Positions 36,309 through 47,645 are shown, counted from the stretch's first letter. The stretch: DNA of 64,000 bases from Sphyrna mokarran (GCA_024679065.1 JAGIQG010000002.1:118854001-118918000), one strand, 5' to 3'. Numbers and translations: made by a program. Notes: a model not told the origin generated them from the letters alone.

Positions 36309-37927
36309 ACATAGAACATAGAACATAGAACATTACAGCACAGAACAGGCCCTTCGGCCTTCGATGTTGTGCCGACCAAAATAAAAAGCAATGCCCCTCC
36401 AAACTAAACCATTCCCTTCTCTTCCATATACTTATCAATTAACCTCTTAAACGCCACCAAACTTGGCGCATCTACAACAGCTGCAGGCAGGGCATTCCAC
36501 TCCCTAATCACTCTTTGAGTAAAGAACCTACCTCTGATATCCGTCCTATAACTCATACCCCTTAATTTAAAGCTGTGTCCCCTCGTGCTAGCTTTCTCCA
36601 TCCTAGGAAAAAGGCTATCACTGTCCACCCTATCTAAACCTCTAATCATCTTATATGCTTCAATAAGATCCCCTCTTAGCCGCCTCCTTTCTAACGAAAA
36701 CAACCTCAAATCCTTCAACCTCTCTTCATAGGACCTGCCCTCCATACCAGGCAACATCCTGGTAAACCTCCTCTGTACCCTCTCCAATGCCTCCACATCT
36801 TTCTTATAATGTGGGGACCAGAACTGCACACAATACTCCAAGTGCGGCCGCACTAGAGTTTTGTACAGTTGCAACATGACGTTGCGGCTCCGAAATTCAA
36901 TCCCCCTACCAATAAAAGCTAAGACTCCATATGCCTTCTTAACAACCTTCTCCACTTGACTGCCTACTTTCAGGGATCTATGGACACACACACCAAGATC
37001 CCTCTGTTCATCAAGACTACTAAGAATCCTACCATTAGCCCTATACTCTACACATTTATTATTTCTGCCAAAGTGCATTACCTCACACTTTTCCACATTA
37101 AACTCCATTTGCCACCTCTCGGCCCAGCTCTGCAACTTGTCCAAGTCACTCTGTAAACTATAACACCCCTCTTCACTATCTACCACTCCACCGACTTTAG
37201 TGTCATCTGCAAATTTACTGATCCATCCCTCAATACCCTCATCCAGATCATTTATAAAAATTACAAACAGCAGGGGCCCCAAAACAGACCCCTGAGGCAC
37301 ACCACTCGTCACCGAACTCCACGATGAATATCTCCCATCAACCACCACCCTCTGTCTTCTATCTGCCAGCCAATTCCTAATCCAATTAGCTAAATCACCC
37401 TCTATTCCACACATCTGCATTTTCTGTAGAAGTCTTCCATGGGCCACCTTATCAAACGCCTTACTAAAGTCCATATATACTACATCAACCGCCTTACCCC
37501 CATCCACCTCTCTGGTCACTTTCTCAAAAAACTCAATGAGGTTAGTAAGGCATGACCGACCCTTCACGAAACCATGCTGACTATCCCCAATCAATTCATT
37601 TCTCTCTAAATAACTATAAATCCTATCCCTAATAATTCTCTCCAATACCTTGCCCACAACAGAAGTAAGACTCACTGGCCTATAATTCCCTGGAAGGTCT
37701 CTCTTCCCCTTCTTAAACAATGGGACCACATTCGCTATCCTCCAGTCCTCCGGAACCACACCCGTAACCAACGAGGACCTGAAGATCAGAGCCAGAGGCT
37801 CTGCAATCTCCTCTCTTGCCTCCCAGAGAATCCTAGGGTAAATCCCGTCCGGCCCAGGGGACTTATCCAACTTCAAACCCTCGAGAATTTCTAACACATC
37901 TAACACATAGAATTTCTAACACATAGA
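36309..37927 (-). mobile_element. Young 5'-truncated CR1 (HER1-like) LINE
   Basis: (TTCTATG)n tail at 36308-36332, uninterrupted ORF2 3' half, and ACATAGA at both junctions (36309-36315 and 37921-37927). Confidence 0.97.
36404..37906 (-). CDS. CR1 ORF2 reverse transcriptase domain (N-terminally truncated, no endonuclease, no ATG start)
   Basis: 500 codons without a stop: KSPGPDG, NYRPVSLTS, QHGF, YMDFSKAFDKV, GVPQGSVLGP, FADD, RPHLEYCVQFWSP. Confidence 0.95.
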   Translation of the reverse strand: MLDVLEILEGLKLDKSPGPDGIYPRILWEAREEIAEPLALIFRSSLVTGVVPEDWRIANVVPLFKKGKRDLPGNYRPVSLTSVVGKVLERIIRDRIYSYLERNELIGDSQHGFVKGRSCLTNLIEFFEKVTREVDGGKAVDVVYMDFSKAFDKVAHGRLLQKMQMCGIEGDLANWIRNWLADRRQRVVVDGRYSSWSSVTSGVPQGSVLGPLLFVIFINDLDEGIEGWISKFADDTKVGGVVDSEEGCYSLQSDLDKLQSWAERWQMEFNVEKCEVMHFGRNNKCVEYRANGRILSSLDEQRDLGVCVHRSLKVGSQVEKVVKKAYGVLAFIGRGIEFRSRNVMLQLYKTLVRPHLEYCVQFWSPHYKKDVEALERVQRRFTRMLPGMEGRSYEERLKDLRLFSLERRRLRGDLIEAYKMIRGLDRVDSDSLFPRMEKASTRGHSFKLRGMSYRTDIRGRFFTQRVIREWNALPAAVVDAPSLVAFKRLIDKYMEEKGMV

Positions 37928-38120
37928 GTGTGAGACACAAATTCTGGTCTTCAGTATCACAAAGTTCCACACACATCAACTGGTAAATGATTACATTGTG
38001 GAAATTGACCACAAACTATTGAAAAGGACATGGTGAAAGCCATTGATAAGTGCACTACCCAGACTACAAAATATGGGATGTGACTTTGACGTCTGCTACA
38101 AACTGAGTATCAAAATGATT
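37921..38120 (+). pseudogene. Ty3/Gypsy RNase H relic (begins at about 36274, left of the CR1)
   Basis: QANYLNI|ECETQILVFSITKFHTH...VEIDHKLL...KPLISALPRLQ...DFDVCYK. Confidence 0.85.
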
Positions 38121-38124
38121 CCTT

Positions 38125-38600
38125 CAGGAGTGAAGGCACTGGTTTAGGCAGAGAGACAAACACAGGAACTGAAAGAGAAGAAAAAAATAGCAGATTTAAG
38201 CAGCAGCCTAGGAATAACTCAGAGTGCAATCGGTGCGGGGTGGGGGGGGGGTCACTCCCTGGAAACCTGCAGATTTAGAGAAGCAGAGTGCTTGATGTGT
38301 GGAAGAAAGGCACATCTGAGGCATGAGTGTGAAAACAAACAAGACTTGCACAGTAGCAGCACGGTCAATAATCTGGCATCACTGCATAGTATGGAGGAAT
38401 TCCCAATAGGTGCATGAAACATTTTGTTGTTAGATAATTCAAAAGCAAGAAAAGTAGCCTTCCAAAACAGTGATGTTGTTAGTAAAAGTCCACCCACTGG
38501 ACATGGAAGTTGGAACAGGGGTGTCAGTCATATTGTAGGTAAGCAGAGCAACTGTATCTCCAAGAAGGGATTCAACCCTGGCATTGAAAAATACTGCATC
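38125..38600 (+). pseudogene. Second Gypsy-like fragment (gag zinc knuckle and protease) nested in the first
   Basis: CRFREAECLMCGRKAHLRHEC (CCHC) and LDMEVGTGVSVIL, resembling M-E-V-D-T-G-A. Confidence 0.65.
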
Positions 38601-38609
38601 CAGACTCAC

Positions 38610-39200
38610 TATGTGTGCTGGAGAAGTCATCAAAATACTAGGAACATCAACGATTCTAGTGAACTACAGACAGCAGGCTGCACAACTACCTTCAATAGCA
38701 GTATTGGGCATAGGACCGAGTTTATTGGGACATGTGTTCAGATCTTTTAGGAGTATGTGTGCTAAATGGGGCATAAACTGTACGACAGCTTTGCCACATC
38801 ATCCCGGATCCAGGTGTCTTGCCGAATAAATGGTTCACACCATTGATGCATTAATCATGAAGTGTAGCAAAACAAAATAAGATCTTTGCATTGCCATGTT
38901 ACACCTAAACCTTTTGATATGGACTACCTCTCACCAAGTAGAAATCATGTTCATAAGGCAGGTTAAGTCTCCTGTTGCTGAGCCATCACCTGTCCCAGTT
39001 CTCAGGAGAAACTTCTGAAAAAGCAAGGTAGACAGTACATAACTGACAATGCAGGTATATGACCATCTGCAAATGGATCAGAAGGTTCAGATCATACATG
39101 CTACCCAGGGTAACTGGTCATACAAAAAGCATCCAACGTAGTGAGCCTAGAATAGGGCAGCATTTAGGAGAAACAGAAGGCAATGAAGAGAATTGTGTAA
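38610..39200 (+). pseudogene. Ty3/Gypsy integrase relic
   Basis: FRSMCAKWGINCTTALPHHPGSRCLAE*MVHTI, resembling WGIxHxTSSPHYPQSNGLAERMV. Confidence 0.8.
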
Positions 39201-39682
39201 CACCCAGACTCTAAAGGCATCAAAGACACATTCATAAATGAACTGGAAGTGAAATTATAAAAGATCCCCATGAAAACCATCAATATTCAAATAATATAGG
39301 CCCCTACAAGTCAAGAACACCTAAATGGTAAATCTAGATCTCAGAAAGGGCAGCCATCGTGAATCTTTGAGGATGATAAGCTGCCTATATGTTATACAGT
39401 CTCTTTAACTCTTAAACAGAGATCTGTCTTTTACTTAAATGATTTTTCAACCAGCTTACTGTATCGTTACTTCTAATGTTTCTGGAGTTATCTTGGGAAA
39501 AAAAGGGGATGGTGTGAAATCATTTCAAAGAACATGCAAATAAACAAGTAACCAAAATGTAAAGCAGCATGTGACCTGCAGATAGTAGTGTGTGTGTGAG
39601 TAAAAATTGCAACTGTGCTGACCTTAATGGTTGCTGAATGCTTGAAGTGGATCTGTTTGCCAAGCCATCTTTCAGATATTAT

Positions 39683-40670
39683 GGGAGTGATTCTCCCATC
39701 CCACCATGCTAATTTTTTTGCGCAGTGTGGTGGGAGAATCGCATGTCTAGGCATGTGTGGGATTCGCGCACGCATTCCCATCGTGTACGCATCTCCCAGA
39801 GCTGTCTGATTTGGGCTGAAACTGGCAGGGACACCAAGTAAATATTTTACATCTTATTTTAATGTCATTTTAATGTGGTTAGCGGGCCCAGGACTGAATT
39901 CTCCGGGCCCCTAACCTCTCCTACCCAGCCGGAATATTTCATTCTATTGGGATTAACAGTGAGCTCCCACTTGCGGGGAACTGTTGGGACAACCCCGCTG
40001 GAGTGAATTGGGGCCTATAGGGGGTCGGGCGATGGGGAAGGGGCCCTTGTAGTGCCAGCCTATATCCCCAGGCTCTGATCAATGTCCATGGTCAGGGGTC
40101 AGTGCCAAGGGGGAAGAGCCTGGTGGAGGGAAAGGGGATGTTTGGCTGCCACTTTGCCTGAGATCAGTGGAGGGGAAGGAGGGTCCTCTGCCACTCTGAG
40201 ATCAGTGGAAGGAAAGGGGGGGGGGTCGGCTGCCACTCTGCCTGAGATCATCGGAGGGAAGAGGGGGGGGATCCACTACTAGTCTGCCTGAGATCAGTGG
40301 GGAGGAAGGAGGGGGAACAGCTCATGATCTGTCTGGGTGGCGGGGAGTAGGGGAAATAAGAGGATCAGTAATGTTGTGAGAGTAGGGCAATGCGTCTGGG
40401 GGTTAGGAGGAGGCATTATCCAGCCCAGGAGCGATGTGGCAGGAGAGCAGTTCTTTTCTGTGCCTGGGCAGTTGAAGGCTCCGATTGGAGCTGCAACATT
40501 CCAGACATATTAAACCTCACCCACAGGCTTCTGCAGCGCGATTCAGAATCACTGATTGTTTTGCAGACAGAGTGCATATGGAGGCATGGAGAACGGGTCT
40601 AAAAGTTGGATCTAAAACACTCCACTTAGAAGTCGACCTAGCATTTAGAATCAAAATGGTAAAATAAGCC
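39683..40670. mobile_element. Non-autonomous Harbinger-like element with an internal G-rich repeat
   Basis: Starts GGGAGTGATTCTCCC and ends AAAATAAGCCC. Four copies of a roughly 40-bp unit containing CTGAGATCAGTGG at 40143-40320. Confidence 0.55.
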
Positions 40671-41067
40671 CAATGTGTGTGACTGCAAGAGCAAGCCAGA
40701 GGCTAGGAATTCTGTAGCAAGAAACTCACTTCCTGACTTTTCAAAGACTGTCCACCAGGTACAAGGTATATATTAAGAATGTGACAGAAAACTCTTCACT
40801 TGCCTAGGTGAGTGAGACTCAGGAAGGTCAATACAATCCAGAAAAGCAGTTCACTTGGTCAGCACATCATCCAGTACAATGAACTATCACTACTTCCATC
40901 ACTGCCAGCCGTGTGCACCATATACAAGATGCAGCGCAGCAACTCACCAAGGCTCTTTTGACAACATCTTCCAAACCTGGGAATGCTACCAGTAGAAGGG
41001 CAAGGGCAGCAGGCAACACTGCCAGCTCCAACTCCCCTCCAAACCACACACCACCCTGACTTCAAAA

Positions 41068-42360
41068 CAGATTAAATTTATTTATTCATGTCACAAGTAG
41101 GCTTACATTAACATTGCAATGAAATTATTGTGAAAATCTCCACACTCTGGTGCCTGTTCGGGTACAGTGAGGGAGAATTTAGCATGGCCAACCATCCATC
41201 CAGCACACCTTCTGGATTGTGAAAAGAAACCAGAGCACCCAGAAGAAACCCATTCAGACATGAGGAGAACTTACAGACTATGCATAGATAGTGACTCAAG
41301 CCAGGATTTGAACTCTGGTCCCTAACCACTGTCATGATGTAGAGATGCCGGTGTTGGACTGGGGTAAACACAGTAAGAAGTTTGACAACACTGGTTTTAA
41401 ATCCAACCGATTTATTTGATAGTAAACTCGTAAGCTTTCGGCTCTATGGCCTTTGTCAGGTGAATGAGGTGTTCTAGTCTCCAATAGCACACATATCAGC
41501 ACAGACAGTTTACAGATTACTGATTAGAATGTGAATCTTTATACCAACCTGCTATTCAAGTCTTAAAGTGGCTAACAATGTGAGTGGAAGGAACACTGAG
41601 CACAGGCTAGAGAGATGTGTATTGTCTCCAGACAGCACAGTAAGTGAGGTTTTTTGCTAACCCAGGCAAGTCATGGGAGTTACATATAGTATGACATGAA
41701 GCCAAGATCCCTGTTAAGACCGTTCTCATGTGTGCGGAACTTGGCTGTCAGTGTCTGCTCAGTGGCTCTGCGCTGTCGTGTGTCGTGAAGGCCCCTTGAA
41801 GAATGTTTACCCAAAGATCGGAGGCCAAATGCCCGTGATCGCTGAAGCGTTCGCCAACAGGAAGGGAACAGTTTTGCCTGGTGATTGTCGAGCAATGTTC
41901 ATTCATCCGCTGTTGTAGTGTCTGCATAGCCTCCCCAATGTACCATGCTTCGGGACATCCTTTCTTGCAACGTATTAGGTAGACAACGTTGGCCGAGTTG
42001 CAAGAGTATGTACCGTGTACCTGGTGAATGGTGTTCTCACGTTTGATGATGTCATCCATGTCGATGATCAGGCATGTCTTGCAGAGGTTGCTGTGGGAGG
42101 GCTGTGTGATATTGTGGTCACTGTTCTCCTGAAGGTTGGGTAGTTTGCTGCGACCAATGGTCTGTTTGAGGTTGCACGGTTGTCTGAAGGCAAGAAATGA
42201 TGTTGTGGGGATGGCACTAGCAAGATGCTCATCATCATTGATGATATGTTGAAGACTCCGGAGAAGATGTCGTACCTTCTCCGCTCCAGGGAAGTACTGG
42301 AGGTACTGGAGTACTGGAAGTACTGGGAAGTGCCCTAACCACTGTGCCACTGTGCCACCC
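41068..42360 (-). mobile_element. V-SINE type B split by a Penelope element
   Basis: Tail and V-domain at 41068-41332; head remainder at 42333-42360. Confidence 0.8.
41333..42332 (-). mobile_element. 5'-truncated Penelope-like retroelement (family A) with GIY-YIG endonuclease
   Basis: SCNSANVVYLIRCKKGCPEAWYIGEAMQTLQQRMNEH, then K-F-R-T-H-x-x-G-L-N-R-D, then the pLTR. 13-bp TSD CCCTAACCACTGT (41320-41332 and 42333-42345). Confidence 0.92.
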
Positions 42361-43839
42361 AGACTGCAGTTCCCTGACTGTTGCTGGGTCGGGAATTCCC
42401 TCCCAAACAGCTCTGTGGATGCTCCTGTGTGTCTCACCATCACTTTCTCAAGGTCAATTAGGCATGAGCAATAGATGCTGGCCTTGCCAGCGACAGCAGC
42501 CTCCCATGAAAGAATAGCTTTTAAAAATAAAACTGATTTGCACACACAATCAAATATTTTATTTTAAAATATATCATCAGTGCAGTAAAAATATAAGGTT
42601 AAAGACAGGTTAAAAAGAGGAAGAATGAAAAGAATGAAAAATCTTATTAAAATACTGGAGTGAATCTTTGTATGCCTATCTAGGATTAAGTCAGGCCACA
42701 ATGGAATGCTCCACTGTATTGCGGCGAACGCATTGACGGTGACCTGTATTATACCTGACTTGGTCAGGCTCAGTTCTATCACTAGATTCAAAGTGAAAGC
42801 TCACTACATTCTTGATTGTCTAATAAGGGGAAGAATGCAGTCACGCTGCCAGTTAAATGTATTGCGTCAGTGAATTCCTTGCTGGAAAATGCAAGTAACT
42901 GAAGCATGATTCAGAAATCAGATATGCAAAGACATCCAATTAATTACATTATGCTGAAAGGCTAATTTTAGTTTCCATATTTATTCAAAAATTGTTGGAT
43001 ACACAAATCAGCAGGCGACAGCATAATGAATAATTCCACCCACTTCAGAGCACTTGTCTCTATACATCATTATTGTGGGATACAGAAGAAAAGCTCCCAA
43101 GAAGTGCTTGTCTTTTGATGTACTGCATGTAATGTAGTTATGTTTGCTTCCTATCAAAACGCCCATCAATCCCTTGTCAGCAAGCAGCCTAGACTCTCAG
43201 AAAATGCCAGTTCAAAGCTGTTAAGGTTAATATATTAATCGCTGCTCATTTTCGTTCAGTAGGGGTTTGGCAGCTTTTTGATGGAACGCAGTGTGTTCGA
43301 GACTGCTTTTTTTTTCCCCAAAACATGCTATTGGACTTCCAGTACAATGGGTTGCAGAGTCATTAATTCTGTTGATTAGTTTGGCTCTTGGGTTTACTAA
43401 AAAATTTGACGTCCGTTGACTCCAGTTCCAGCGCCAGCCCGCGGAGTGAGAGAAAACAAGCTAATTAGCAGGGAGCGGGGAAGAAGTAACAGCAAAGGGA
43501 GAGACCAAAAATAAAAATCTGACAGTTTGTCTGAGCTTCACTCATTAATGAGACTTGTTTGGGTAAGCCATGTGGCAGGCTCTTCAAACATATTACTGGC
43601 AGCTGCGTCATCATTTCAAAAGACTGCTGCAGCTATTTTAAATTTTGTGCTAATTGTTCATAACGCAAAAAAAAAACAAAGAAAAAAGGGCAAGTTAAGG
43701 GTTAAGTGTCAAACTCAACTGCAATTTAATGAGTTTCTCAACAATGTTAACATCATGCAAGCTGGAGGGAAAAATGACCCACTTTTAAAATTGAGCACTG
43801 CAGAAATAAGTGATCCAGAATGTGCCAGGCACTGGGTAG

Positions 43840-44228
43840 CATAGTGGGTGGCACAGTGCCTCACAGCAATAGGAACCATGGTTCAATTCCCACCTTGTCT
43901 GTGTGGAGTCTGCATGTTCTCCTGTGTCTGTGTGGGTTTCCTCCATATGCTCTGGTTTCCTCCCACAGTTTGTAAGACATGTTGGTTAGGTGCATTGGCC
44001 ATGCTAAGTTTTCCCTCAGTGTACCCAAACAGGTGCCGGAGTATGGCGACCAGGGGATTTTCATGGTAACTTCATTGCAGTGTTGATATAAGCTTAAAGA
44101 GAAAATGCTGGAAAATCTCAGCAGGTCTGACACATCTGTAAAGAGATAAAAGAGCTGCCATTTCAAGTCCAGGTGACCCTTTGTCAAACCTTAATGTAAA
44201 CCTACTTGTGACACTAATAAATAAACTT
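43840..44228 (+). mobile_element. V-SINE type B with a Penelope family B fragment (44097-44190, minus) in its tail
   Basis: Tail interrupted at GTGTTGATATAAGCTT and resumed at TTAATGTAAACCTACTTGTGACAC. The insert matches 8873-9007 in reverse. Confidence 0.8.
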
Positions 44229-45534
44229 ATATTTTGGAACTTTCTGTCAAAAGCTCAAGTGGCCATTCATGTCTTGAATATTGAAGGGGCAAAAGTTACT
44301 AGTTGATGGCAGCATAGAAGAGAAGATGTTGAAGTGTGCAGGCTCCCAGTTAGTACTGGGAATATTAGCTGTTTTGGTAAGATTTCTTTCACTCTATGTG
44401 AAATAGGGCCCTTTCTTTCCCTTCCAGCTGTGACTGACCCATTTTTAATACTTTCTAACTCTGATTTATGAAGTCAATTTAAAGTGCATGTACTACTCTT
44501 CAAACCGTATGCTTTTCAGCTGAGTTAAAGAAATTGCAAATGCTAAGTAACATTAAACAAAAATCAATGCCAAGGCTTCAATCATAAGATGGGAACAGGG
44601 TGGACAGGAAAAGGTCATCTGCTCCCGAAAAGTTATGTCACAATTAATGACTCCTAACACTCCCATCTGCCCCCTCCTCATCCTTGCCCACCTGATAACC
44701 ATGGAGTTGTAAGGGAGAGGCAAAGCGATGAGAAGGAAATCCCTTGGCCAAACCATCAAATGAAAATTCTGCGTAATTCCCATCTAATCACCAAAGGCAT
44801 TCAAATTCAATTCAGGAGACCACAGTGACCATGGGGAATAACTCATCTATTTTGCATGCAGTGATGTCAGATTACTGAAGTGTTGGACCAGATCTTGCTG
44901 GAGAAAGAAAAATTGTGTCAGAGATTTTCCTGGAATCATCAAATTCACACACAAAGAAGGCATAAGAGATGAGGCAGTGACATCCAAGTACCCACCCTGC
45001 GGAAAGTTGTGCAGTCCTTGGACATCTCACCTCAATGATAAAGAGAGAAGTAGCACTGAATGTGACTGAGGCTAAGCGATGTGGTGGTGACAGATATATG
45101 TTATGTATGTCTCTGCTTTGATTATCAGTCCTAACCTCTCGCACATAAAAATCCATTGTGCAAACATGGGCAAGATTCTCCCATTACTTATCCAGGCTGC
45201 ATCATGCATTGAAATAATGGGACCATCAGTGATTTCCTCCAGAACCATTGAGGTGCTGTATAACTTCTGAGCTTCATTGTAATTATAAGAAGTTGCAGTG
45301 CCATTGGCAGCAAATATATCAGCACCTGTCATTATTTAGAAAGGGAAATTCGAATCAGCAATTGTGCATGAATGAGGATACTTCAGTTGCAAGCATTAAG
45401 AAAACTTGCTTCACAAAGTAAATCAAAGAAAAATGTTTAACAAAGAAACTTTATTACAGCAACACTCAAGCCACACCCGGCCAAAAAACTTCCCATAATC
45501 CTCTTCTGCTTTCAATTGACCAGGTCATGTATTG

Positions 45535-46828
45535 TTATCATTATGATAACATTGTATCTGTTATAATGTAACAATGAAAAAATTGGAATATGTTATAATG
45601 TAATCTGTGATAATATTAGAATCTGTTATAATATACCAATGATAACACTGGAATCTGTTATAATGTAACATTGATGACATTGGAAACTTAGAATCCACTG
45701 TGATAACAGTGGACTTTGTCATAATGTATCCAGTGATAACATTGGAATGTTATGATGTAACCAATGATAACATTGCAATCAGTTATAATGTAACAATGAT
45801 AACATTGGAATCTGTTATAATGTAACAAGGGTAACATTGAAATCTGTGATAATATTGGACTCTGTTATAATGTAACTATGATAACATTGGAATCTGTTAT
45901 AATATAACCTGTGATAATATTGGAATCTATTATAATGTAACAATGATAGCATTGGAATCTGTCATAATGTACCAATGATAACATTGGAATCTGTTATAAT
46001 GTAACCCATGACAATATTGGAATCGGTTATAATGTAAGCTGTGATTATATTGGAATCTGTTATAATATAACCCATGATAACATTGGACTTTTATAATGTA
46101 ATAACAACAAGATTTCAATCTGTTATAATGTAGCAGTAATAGCATTGGAACCTGCTATAATATAACCAATGATAACATTGGAATCAGTTATAATGCAACA
46201 ATGGCAACATTGGAATCTGTTATAATGTAACAATAATAACATTGGAATCTGTTATAATGTAATAATGATAGTACTGGAATCTGTTGTAATGTAACCACTG
46301 ATAACATTGAAATATGTTATAGTCTAACAATATAGCACTGGCATTTGTTATAATGTAATAATGATAATATTGGAATCTGTTATAATATAACCAATGATAA
46401 CATTGGAATTTGCTATAATGTACCAATGACAATATTGGAATCTGTGATAATATAACAATGATAACATTGGAGTCTGTTATGATGTAACCAATGATAACAT
46501 TAGAATCTATTATAATATAACAATGATAATATTGGTATCTGTTATAATGTTAATATGATAGCACTGGAATCTGTTATAATGTGGCCACTGATAACATTGG
46601 AACCTGTTAGAATGTAACAATCATAACATTGGAATCTGATATAATGTAACCAATGAGAACATTGAAATCTGTTATAATATAACCAGGGATAACATTGGAA
46701 TCTGTTAGAATGTAACCAGTGATAAACATTGCACTTTGTTATAATGTAATCTGTGATAACATTGGAATCTTGTATAATGTAACAATGATAACATTGGAAT
46801 TTGTGATAATGTAACCAATGGTAACATG
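45535..46828. repeat. AT-rich minisatellite, 32-33 bp unit, about 40 diverged copies
   Basis: Consensus ATAACATTGGAATCTGTTATAATGTAAC(C)AATG repeated head-to-tail with no spacers. Confidence 0.95.
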
Positions 46829-47294
46829 CTGTGAGGGCCAGCTGACCAGCTGATATAGTAAATAGAAAGCAGATGGGGAATCCGTTTAGCCCAGAGTGTG
46901 ACCTGAGTGTTGGTGGAAAGAAGTTTCTTTTTAAATCTTTTTCTTTGATTTACTTTGTGAAATTAATTTTTTTATTGCTTGCAACTGAAATATACCCACT
47001 GTTAGATGAACAGTGAACAATATTTTGAAGCAAATTTAATAGGGATCCCAGCTCTCCAAAGATGTCCCCTGACTACATAGAGAAGTTTTCCAAGTTCAGA
47101 CCTGCTGTTACCAGAGTTAACTTTCACACTTCAGGTTCTGCAGTCTGAGGCCAGATAATTTAAATGGTACAGGAACTGCACAGTCCCTCTCCTGAGAAAG
47201 TGGAAAGTGTGATTTTTGGGGGCTAGATTAATGATTTTTCAGGAGTGTCATAATTTCTATCATGGTAGAGATCAAGGCTTGTAGTCATTTCAAT

Positions 47295-47410
47295 GTACAT
47301 AGAACATAGAACATTACAGCGCAGTACAGGCCCTTCGTCCCTCGATGTTGTGCCGGCCAGTGGACCCTCTAACCTAAACTATTCCAATATCATCCATTTG
47401 CTATATGTAG
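47295..47410 (-). mobile_element. Short CR1 3' end
   Basis: ACATAGAACATAGAACATTACAGCGCAGTACAGGCCCTTCG tail. Confidence 0.8.
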
Positions 47411-47645
47411 AAAATCAAAATGTTGCTATGACCCTATACAAGGAGTTTCCTCAAAGTGGCCCATGTGTTATGAGTGTGTGTGTATGTGAGAGAGAGAGAG
47501 AGAGAGAGATCCCTTTTAAATTGGGAATTGTTCAGTTTAAAAATAATCCAGCATTTAAGATTGATTCCTAATTGTTGGTTTATTATGAAATTATTGCCTA
47601 AAGCTGCTTTTATATTTATTTGTGGGATGTTGGTACCTTGGGTTA

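Larger units (their letters stand above)
40690..42530 (+). mobile_element. CR1-like LINE (family B) 3' relic, split by SINE and Penelope insertions
   Basis: 40690-41065 and 42361-42530 match 18660-19230, including the GCAATAGATGCTGGCC tail. Confidence 0.75.

Noticed and set aside
36404-37906. Stand-alone RT of a retron, DGR or domesticated gene
   Set aside because: It is canonical CR1 ORF2 with a CR1 tail, is 5'-truncated, and its apparent start is a GTG created by junction duplication.
41748-42545. 265-aa ORF as a novel fusion nuclease gene
   Set aside because: The N-terminal part is read-through of antisense LINE and SINE head sequence. Only about 41750-42290 is Penelope GIY-YIG, and it frameshifts before its C-terminus.
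45535-46828. CRISPR-like array of 32-33 bp partly palindromic repeats
   Set aside because: Units are contiguous with no unique spacers, no cas genes are present, and the context is eukaryotic. The YNRFQCYH ORFs are translations of the repeat.
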